Part shown: one piece after another, positions 57,472 to 64,000 of the stretch | Layout: each line of letters starts with the position of its first letter | How positions within the stretch are numbered: the stretch's first letter is position 1 | Assembly: GCA_942492745.1 (NCBI GenBank) | Contig: OW818637.1 | Span: 1,086,580 to 1,150,579, forward strand | Origin: an uncultured beta proteobacterium | Lineage (GTDB): Bacteria; Pseudomonadota; Gammaproteobacteria; Burkholderiales; Gallionellaceae | Direction of reading: 5' to 3' | DNA: 64,000 nucleotides | Program-made: the position numbers and the translations under genes | The notes under the pieces: generated by a model | What the model saw: only the letters and a program-made list of their open reading frames with translations | Databases searched by the model: none | What the model was told of the DNA's origin: nothing

Positions 57472-59397
57472 ATGATAGATAAAAAACTCGCTTTACTGTT
57501 TTCGCCTAATGGTGCGCTGGCCGAGCACATACCCAATTTCCGCGCGCGTCCACAACAGGTGGAAATGGCGCAAGCCATCGCACAGGCAATTACCGCGAAT
57601 GGGCAGCTTATCGCAGAGGCAGGCACAGGAACAGGCAAGACTTTTGCCTATCTCGTCCCTGCCCTGCTCGCAGGCGGCAAGGTAATTATCTCCACCGGCA
57701 CGAAAAATTTGCAAGACCAACTTTTTCAACGCGATTTACCTACGGTGCGTGATGCGCTCAAAGTACCGGTTTCGTTAGCATTACTCAAGGGCCGTTCCAA
57801 TTACCTGTGCCATTATCACCTCGAACGCACGCAATCTGATGGCCGCTTTACCACGCGCGAGGATGCGCGCCATCTAGCCAAAATTGTGAAGTACGCGAAA
57901 ATTACCCAGTCCGGCGACAAGAGTGGTGTGAGCGATGTGCCAGAGAATGCACTTATCTGGATGCAGGTGACTTCAACGCGCGATAACTGCCTGGGGCAGG
58001 AGTGCCCGCATCATAAAGATTGCTTTGTACTGAAGGCGCGCAAGGAGGCAATGCGGGCCGATGTGGTGGTGGTGAACCATCATTTGTTTTTCGCCGATTT
58101 GATGCTGCGCGACGAAGGTCTTGCGGAACTGCTGCCAGCCTGCAACACGGTTATTTTCGACGAAGCGCACCAGTTGCCTGAGACCGCAAGCTTGTTTTTT
58201 GGCGAAAGTATTTCGACTTCACAAATCATCGAATTGGCACGAGATGTGCGTTTGGAAGCGGCGATTTCGGCTAAAGACTTTGCCGCACTTCCCACCGCTA
58301 CCGACTCGTTGGACAAAGCCGCGCGTGACTTGCGCCTGGTGTTCAAACAGAGCGAGGGGCGCATGACTGCCATCGCCATTGAAGATTTATCCGGCTGGAC
58401 GGATGCCATGGTCGTGCTGAACGATAAGCTCAAGCAGGTTAACAGTCTGCTGGAGATGCAAGCAGAGCGCAGCGAGGGACTGGAGAGTTGCTGGCAACGG
58501 GGGCAGGTAATGGCGCAAAAAATTTTACAATGGCAGGACAAAGAGCAAGTGGATATGGTGCGCTGGCTTGAAATATTTCACCAATCCGTGCAGCTCAACA
58601 CCACGCCGTTGTCCATCGCAGAAATATTCGCCAAGCAAATTAATGGCCACCCACGTGCATGGATATTCACGTCAGCTACAATTACAGTGAAGCAGGATTT
58701 CTCGCACTATCAGTCCGAAATGGGGTTGTTTGAGGCTCAAACCGCCTGCTGGGACAGCCCTTTCAACTACCCTGAGCAGGCGTTGCTATATGTGCCAAAA
58801 AATATGCTCGATCCGAATAATCCTGGCTATACCGAAGCGGTGGTGCTGGCGGCTCTTCCGTTGATCGAGGCCAGCAAGGGACGTGCATTTTTGCTGTTCA
58901 CCAGCCTGCGCGCCATGCAACGCGCACATGAGATTTTAACGGCTGAGTTCGAACGCAAGAAACTTAACTATCCATTGATGTTGCAAGGCGAAGGTTCGCG
59001 TAATGAGCTGTTGAGCCGCTTCCGCGAACACGGCAACGCCATACTGCTGGGCAGTCAGTCTTTTTGGGAAGGAGTAGATGTGCGCGGCGAAGCACTTTCG
59101 CTAGTGGTAATAGACAAACTGCCGTTCGCTCCGCCGGATGACCCGGTGCTGGCGGCGCGCCTTGCACAGATCACCAGCCAGGGACGTAACGCCTTTATGG
59201 AATATCAGTTGCCCCGCACGGTAATTAATCTTAAGCAAGGTGCGGGACGGTTGATTCGAGATGAAACCGATCGCGGCGTGCTGATGATTTGTGACCCGCG
59301 TTTGATAGCAAAATCCTACGGCAAGCGCATATGGCAGAGCTTACCGCCATTCAAGCGCACACGGGATTTAAGTGAGGCGGTGGATTTTTTTGCGTAG
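57472..59397 (+). CDS. yoaA: DinG/YoaA-type (Rad3-related) ATP-dependent DNA helicase
   Basis: AEAGTGTGKTFAYLVPAL (Walker A), a 4-Cys Fe-S cluster region (NYLCHYH...CLGQECPHHKDCF), DEAH (FDEAHQL), and C-terminal SFWEGVD and GAGRLIR motifs. Confidence 0.85.
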   Translation: MIDKKLALLFSPNGALAEHIPNFRARPQQVEMAQAIAQAITANGQLIAEAGTGTGKTFAYLVPALLAGGKVIISTGTKNLQDQLFQRDLPTVRDALKVPVSLALLKGRSNYLCHYHLERTQSDGRFTTREDARHLAKIVKYAKITQSGDKSGVSDVPENALIWMQVTSTRDNCLGQECPHHKDCFVLKARKEAMRADVVVVNHHLFFADLMLRDEGLAELLPACNTVIFDEAHQLPETASLFFGESISTSQIIELARDVRLEAAISAKDFAALPTATDSLDKAARDLRLVFKQSEGRMTAIAIEDLSGWTDAMVVLNDKLKQVNSLLEMQAERSEGLESCWQRGQVMAQKILQWQDKEQVDMVRWLEIFHQSVQLNTTPLSIAEIFAKQINGHPRAWIFTSATITVKQDFSHYQSEMGLFEAQTACWDSPFNYPEQALLYVPKNMLDPNNPGYTEAVVLAALPLIEASKGRAFLLFTSLRAMQRAHEILTAEFERKKLNYPLMLQGEGSRNELLSRFREHGNAILLGSQSFWEGVDVRGEALSLVVIDKLPFAPPDDPVLAARLAQITSQGRNAFMEYQLPRTVINLKQGAGRLIRDETDRGVLMICDPRLIAKSYGKRIWQSLPPFKRTRDLSEAVDFFA

Positions 59398-59663
59398 TGC
59401 AGGAATAATTTTTACTTGCTGGGACATATGATCTGATATCAGGCCATCAAACATTATCAAATCGATAGGCCCCCCAAGACAAATGTTAATGGATGATGCA
59501 ATTGTTACCCAAAATGACATTGTCGTTGAGCCTAAAAACAAAACCTTTCTGCAAACAACAAGTTCCCCAGCAACATTGAGTAATCACAGCAAAGGTTACG
59601 TGAATTGTATTTTCTAGTTAATTAGATCAAAATGAATTATCAGTTATATTTTGGGAGACATTT

Positions 59664-59930
59664 ATGAATCAAAAACTTTTGCAGTTATTGGATGGCGCTG
59701 AAGATAAATATCCTCATACACTGGAACAGCAGTTTCCGCATGTTATTAGCAAAATATTGGAGCTATGGGGTTTGCCGGCTATTAATCAATATTTCGTTGA
59801 TCTGATGTTGCACACGCGTGCCGTGCCGCGGAAAGGCTTTCCATCTAAGGCGGCTAAAGAGATCGCCGATCTAAATCTGATAAATGACGAACAAAGTAAA
59901 GCAAAGGAAGGCGCACTGATCAATCGATAA
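59664..59930 (+). CDS. Small conserved hypothetical protein
   Basis: 88-aa ORF with an upstream GGGAG Shine-Dalgarno sequence. I recognise no family. Confidence 0.4.
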   Translation: MNQKLLQLLDGAEDKYPHTLEQQFPHVISKILELWGLPAINQYFVDLMLHTRAVPRKGFPSKAAKEIADLNLINDEQSKAKEGALINR

Positions 59931-60094
59931 TTATGGTAACAAAATCTTACTTAAAGATACAAAACCAGATTTCCGTATCTCATGGAGATTTCGCCCGGCT
60001 GATTTCTTACACTCCCGGGAGCTGAATTTAACCGGGCTAATCATGTGTTCACGTCCAAATATTTAATTTAATCGCTACACGTGCAGTTGACAGG

Positions 60095-61417
60095 TTAAAC
60101 CGTTTCCGCCCACAAATCGTGTACATCAGAATCAGTGATTCGGACATTCACAAAATCACCAACCTTTAATGTCTGGCCATTACTGATATAAACGAGACCA
60201 TCGATTTCTGGTGCATCAGCTGAACTACGTGCAATTGCACCCTCCTCGTCCACTTCATCCACCAATACCTGCATGGTCCTGCCTAATTTACATGCAAGGC
60301 GTTCGCCACTGATCTCTTCCTGCAATTGCATCAAACGGCCCAAGCGTTCTTGCTGGACTTCAAGTGGAATGTGATCCGGTAAACCATTTGCCACAGCACC
60401 TTCCACAGGCGAATACATAAATGCGCCAACGCGATCCAGTTGAGCCATTTCGAGAAAATCGAGCAGCTCTTCAAATTCTGCTTCTGTTTCGCCGGGAAAT
60501 CCGACGATGAAAGTGCTGCGCAAGGTAATTTCCGGACAGATTTTGCGCCATTGCTGAACGCGCGTAAGCACGTTTTCACTGCTGGCGGGACGTTTCATCA
60601 ATTTAAGAATGCGCGCATTGGCGTGCTGAAAAGGGATATCCAGATAAGGCAGAATTTTCCCCTGCGCCATCAGCGGGATGACTTCATCTACATGTGGGTA
60701 AGGATAAACGTAATGCAATCGCACCCATACGCCCAGTTCGCCCATCGCCTGCACTAGCTCGGTCATACGTGTCTTGATCGGCCTACCGCCCCAGAAACCC
60801 GTGCGGTATTTTACATCCACGCCATAGGCACTGGTGTCTTGCGAGATTACTAGCAATTCTTTCACGCCTGCGTTCACCAGATTCTGCGCTTCCTGCATCA
60901 CGTCACCTACCGGACGGCTCACCAGATCGCCGCGCATGCTGGGGATGATGCAAAAGGTGCAGCGATGGTTACAGCCCTCGGAAATTTTCACATAAGCATA
61001 ATGCTTGGGTGTCAGCCGTATGCCTTGCGGCGGGACCAGATCGCTGTATGGATCATGCAGCTTGGGTAAATGGGAATGAATGGCTTCCATCACTTCATCT
61101 GTCGCATGTGGACCGGTGACTGCCAATACTTTTGGATGCGCTTCTTTCACCACATTGCCTTTGGCACCCAAGCAGCCAGTAACAATAACTTTTCCATTCT
61201 CGGCCAGCGCCTCACCGATTGCTTCAAGCGACTCAGCCACCGCACTGTCGATGAAACCGCAGGTGTTAACTACCACCAGATCGGAATCCGCATAATTGGG
61301 AGAAATAATGTAACCCTCGGTGCGCAAGCGAGTAAGGATATGCTCGGAATCCACCGTCGCCTTGGGACAACCGAGAGATACGAAGCCAACGCGTGGCGCT
61401 GTGATTTGTTTGCTCAT
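60095..61417 (-). CDS. rimO: Ribosomal protein S12 methylthiotransferase
   Basis: [16 protein letters not shown] (UPF0004 N-terminus), [11 protein letters not shown] (radical-SAM CxxxCxxC) and a C-terminal TRAM domain. The ORF is 440 aa. Confidence 0.95.
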   Translation of the reverse strand: MSKQITAPRVGFVSLGCPKATVDSEHILTRLRTEGYIISPNYADSDLVVVNTCGFIDSAVAESLEAIGEALAENGKVIVTGCLGAKGNVVKEAHPKVLAVTGPHATDEVMEAIHSHLPKLHDPYSDLVPPQGIRLTPKHYAYVKISEGCNHRCTFCIIPSMRGDLVSRPVGDVMQEAQNLVNAGVKELLVISQDTSAYGVDVKYRTGFWGGRPIKTRMTELVQAMGELGVWVRLHYVYPYPHVDEVIPLMAQGKILPYLDIPFQHANARILKLMKRPASSENVLTRVQQWRKICPEITLRSTFIVGFPGETEAEFEELLDFLEMAQLDRVGAFMYSPVEGAVANGLPDHIPLEVQQERLGRLMQLQEEISGERLACKLGRTMQVLVDEVDEEGAIARSSADAPEIDGLVYISNGQTLKVGDFVNVRITDSDVHDLWAETV

Positions 61418-61533
61418 GTTTTAACTTTATATATTGGATTGAACATTGTCTTTCCTGAAGCCAGCTTTATCTTCGCTGCGCTCTTAATAATTGCGCAAAG
61501 ACTGATATTTGGTAATGCAGGAGGGAACATTTT

Positions 61534-62313
61534 TTACTCTACCATTAACACGCTCATCAACCACACTGTCCCTACGCCCGATACAATCAGCACCACCTGC
61601 TGCAAGGTATCCCGTAACTGCACGCGCTTGTGCAAACCGGGTATCAGATCTGCCACCGCAACATAAATCATGCTTGCAGCTGCCAGCGCCAGCAACGATG
61701 GTATCCATGACTGCATGGTCTGCAAGGTAAAGTATCCAAGTATGCCGCCTGCCACAGAGGCGAAACTGGATATCAAATTCAATTGAAAGGCACGCAGTTT
61801 GCTATAACCCGAATACAGCAGGATGGCGAAATCACCCACTTCCTGGGGAATCTCGTGTGCGATGATGGCCAGTGCCGTGACGAGGCCCAGATGCACGTCA
61901 GTAAGAAAAGCCGCGGCAATAATGATGCCATCCACAAAGTTATGGAAAGTGTCACCTATGATAATCATCATGCCACTGCGTCCATGGTCAGACCCATGTT
62001 CCGCATCGATTGCTAAATGCGCTTCGCAATGCTCATGGTGGCAGTGCCTCCACAGCACCAGTTTTTCCAGGATGAAAAACAACAGAATACCAAACAACAC
62101 CGTACCACTCAAAATAGCTACATTGGGGGTTAGGTTGATTGCCTCGGGCAAAATATTGAGAAATACTGCTCCAAGCAACGCGCCTATTGCATAGCTCACC
62201 ATGCCACCAAGATAATTCTGTGTACGGCTATTGAACGCGAACAATGCTGCACATGCCACGCTCAATGTGCCACCTACAATGCAGGTGGTAATAATCCAGA
62301 CCAAAATGCTCAT
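61534..62313 (-). CDS. zupT: ZIP-family metal transporter (ZupT-like)
   Basis: 259 aa with 8 TM segments. It has a His-rich loop HCHHEHCEAH, plus HNFVDG and HEIPQEVGDF, the ZIP signature motifs. Confidence 0.85.
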   Translation of the reverse strand: MSILVWIITTCIVGGTLSVACAALFAFNSRTQNYLGGMVSYAIGALLGAVFLNILPEAINLTPNVAILSGTVLFGILLFFILEKLVLWRHCHHEHCEAHLAIDAEHGSDHGRSGMMIIIGDTFHNFVDGIIIAAAFLTDVHLGLVTALAIIAHEIPQEVGDFAILLYSGYSKLRAFQLNLISSFASVAGGILGYFTLQTMQSWIPSLLALAAASMIYVAVADLIPGLHKRVQLRDTLQQVVLIVSGVGTVWLMSVLMVE

Positions 62314-62523
62314 GGTGAGTTCAAGAAATAAATTAGGCGCGGATTATACCTAAAGGCAGGCAAGCCATTCTCTAAGTGCGTGGTTAATTGCAGCGGATTT
62401 ATTTTTTCCAAAAACCTGAAAAGCTGAAAGATCTCGACAACTGCGCTTCAAATACGACATATTTAACGGTATAGGTTTCAGGATCGAAAATAACTTGCAC
62501 AGTCGGAGACTGTATTTCCCTGC

Positions 62524-63378
62524 TCATGTTGCCACCTTCGTTTCTACTCCTAATGCTCGAATGCGTGTAGCGAACGCTTCCAATTGCTGCTCTGACAGCG
62601 CGGCCAGTTGCGGTGCTTCCGGTTGTAACGTGGGGCGTGCCAAGCTGTAAAGCAACACACCTTCAGGTTTAATATTGTCATGCAGCAATGTGGCCAGAAA
62701 ATTCAGATAATCGTCCTCATCCTGCTTGCCCGGCGGCTCGCCATCCAGCATGAACCAGCAGGTTTGCAGCCAAGTCGGGCACAGCGCGATGGAGGTGGCG
62801 AGGTTCTCGCGTACCTTAACAAGACTTGTGCGGGTATTGTTGATTCGCTGCATGCCAGCCTTGCTGGCACGGTCAACTTTGAACCACACTTCACCATTAA
62901 ATTGCGCCATCTTGCGCAGGCCTTGCTGCACGTTTTTGCGGTGCATAAGGCTGCCATTGGTGATGAGAACCAGTTTGATATGGGAGGGCAACTCCAGTTC
63001 TTGTCGCAGCTTGCCGATAAGTGATATAACTTGCTCAAATTCTTTGGCGCTGGTCGGTTCACCATTGCCGGACAAGGCAATATCGTTAATGCGGCGCGCC
63101 CCTTCCGGCACGCGGCGCTGCATGAAATCTCCGTGCAGTAACTCATGAAGAAAACCACGCAGCTCGTGCTCCAGCAGCGCCAGATCAACTCGCGGAGCTG
63201 TGCCACGCTTTAGTTCCGGCACCTGACAATATATGCAGCGCCAATTGCAGGCATTATTGGTATTGAGATTGATGCCAACTGACACCCCGCCCGCCCGCCG
63301 CGACACCACGGGATAGACATAGCGCAACCCCGCGCTTTCGCGACTATGGTCGGTTACATCAAGACCAGTGTTACTCAA
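62524..63378 (-). CDS. Radical SAM protein
   Basis: CNWRCIYCQ (CxxxCxxC) and LSGNGEPT (SAM-binding GGE-like motif). Its TTG start overlaps the nlpD stop (TTGA). Confidence 0.75.
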   Translation of the reverse strand: MSNTGLDVTDHSRESAGLRYVYPVVSRRAGGVSVGINLNTNNACNWRCIYCQVPELKRGTAPRVDLALLEHELRGFLHELLHGDFMQRRVPEGARRINDIALSGNGEPTSAKEFEQVISLIGKLRQELELPSHIKLVLITNGSLMHRKNVQQGLRKMAQFNGEVWFKVDRASKAGMQRINNTRTSLVKVRENLATSIALCPTWLQTCWFMLDGEPPGKQDEDDYLNFLATLLHDNIKPEGVLLYSLARPTLQPEAPQLAALSEQQLEAFATRIRALGVETKVAT

Positions 63379-64000
63379 GACTTTACGAGCGGCAGATATT
63401 TGGCAGGATCAACTGGCTTGCCAAAGCGGCGTATCTCGAAGTGCAGGCTGACTTGATCGGTGTCAGTGTTGCCCATCTCTGCGATCTTCTGGCCTCTGTT
63501 TACGTTCTGCCCTTCCTTTACCAGCAACTGGTCGTTATGGGCATAAGCGCTGAGATAAGTCTTGTTATGCTTGATGATGACCAGCTTGCCATATCCGCGC
63601 AGACCATTGCCGCTATAAACCACCTTGCCCGCCGAACTGGCAACTATCGCTTGACCCAGCTTACCGGCAATATCGATTCCCTTACGGCTGGCGCTTTCAG
63701 AAAATTCACTTATTAACGTTCCAGACGTTGGCATACTCCACTCCAGCGCACTACCATCGTCATCGGCAAGACCATCGCTCTTGGCCTCGGGTCTGATTTC
63801 AGGCTTAGACTGAACTTTGGCCACCATCACAGGTTCATATTTTTGCAGGTCTTCCTGCATTTTTTCAATCTGTGCCACAGCCTGCTCGGTATACGGCAGC
63901 TTGGCCACCTTAGGCTGACTTTTGACGGGAATTTCCAGAGGCTTACTTTCAACTATAGTTTTAACCACGGTCGAAGTGCTGGCAGAGGGTAAGCGTAACT
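63375..64000 (-). CDS. nlpD: NlpD-like M23 peptidoglycan metalloendopeptidase (C-terminal part; N-terminus beyond the window end)
   Basis: [68 protein letters not shown]....LHFEIR is an M23 domain. The frame is open to position 64000. Confidence 0.8.
   Translation of the reverse strand, partial: LRLPSASTSTVVKTIVESKPLEIPVKSQPKVAKLPYTEQAVAQIEKMQEDLQKYEPVMVAKVQSKPEIRPEAKSDGLADDDGSALEWSMPTSGTLISEFSESASRKGIDIAGKLGQAIVASSAGKVVYSGNGLRGYGKLVIIKHNKTYLSAYAHNDQLLVKEGQNVNRGQKIAEMGNTDTDQVSLHFEIRRFGKPVDPAKYLPLVKS

Noticed and set aside
61070-61666. 198-aa plus-strand ORF.
   Set aside because: It is antisense to rimO and runs into zupT. It has no motifs and is a shadow ORF.
1-64000. Scan for CRISPR arrays, rRNA genes and tRNA genes.
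   Set aside because: I saw no regularly spaced direct repeats, no rRNA-like conserved blocks, and no complete cloverleaf. The only GGTTCAATTCC-type T-arm belongs to ssrA. Scanning by eye is imperfect, so tRNAscan-SE/Infernal should confirm this.

Overview
This 64-kb window looks like chromosomal DNA from a Gram-negative bacterium. My impression from gene content and the ssrA tag ANDEKYALAA is a betaproteobacterium, but I cannot verify that here. All family calls rest on motifs I recognised in the translations; no database search was run.

Housekeeping genes sit at both ends:
- Left end: tsaC/sua5, psiE, purC and purE.
- Right end: ssrA (tmRNA), dinG/yoaA, rimO, zupT, a radical-SAM gene and nlpD.

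Between them lies a mosaic of accessory blocks that differ visibly in base composition:
1. An AT-rich block carries a DabA/DabB-type inorganic-carbon pump and a SulP transporter. The SulP C-terminus is extended by an extra TM helix and a chemoreceptor-type four-helix-bundle sensor domain.
2. A cobA-nirBD-nirC nitrite-assimilation operon has a good sigma-54 promoter match. It is followed directly by ntrBC.
3. An orphan Rhs C-terminal cassette carries an L,D-transpeptidase-like (Tlde1/YkuD-like) toxin tip and a secreted candidate immunity protein. Downstream are an IS110-family element with a structured non-coding end (bridge-RNA candidate), PrlF-YhaV and HigBA modules, and further rhs fragments.
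4. A region of mixed intact and decayed genes holds a DsbA-NhaA fusion, a frameshifted MFS gene and a recombinase fragment.
5. A LemA plus GIDE/EF-hand membrane pair.
6. A GC-rich block contains a three-gene cluster (sulfatase-family enzyme, LicC-like nucleotidyltransferase, kinase-fold protein) and a wrecked type I R-M locus.
7. An 11-kb segment is bounded by two copies of the ssrA terminator.

A 141-bp foldback MITE-like element occurs twice in inverted orientation. A third, truncated terminus lies exactly at a composition jump.

No CRISPR array, rRNA or tRNA gene was found.
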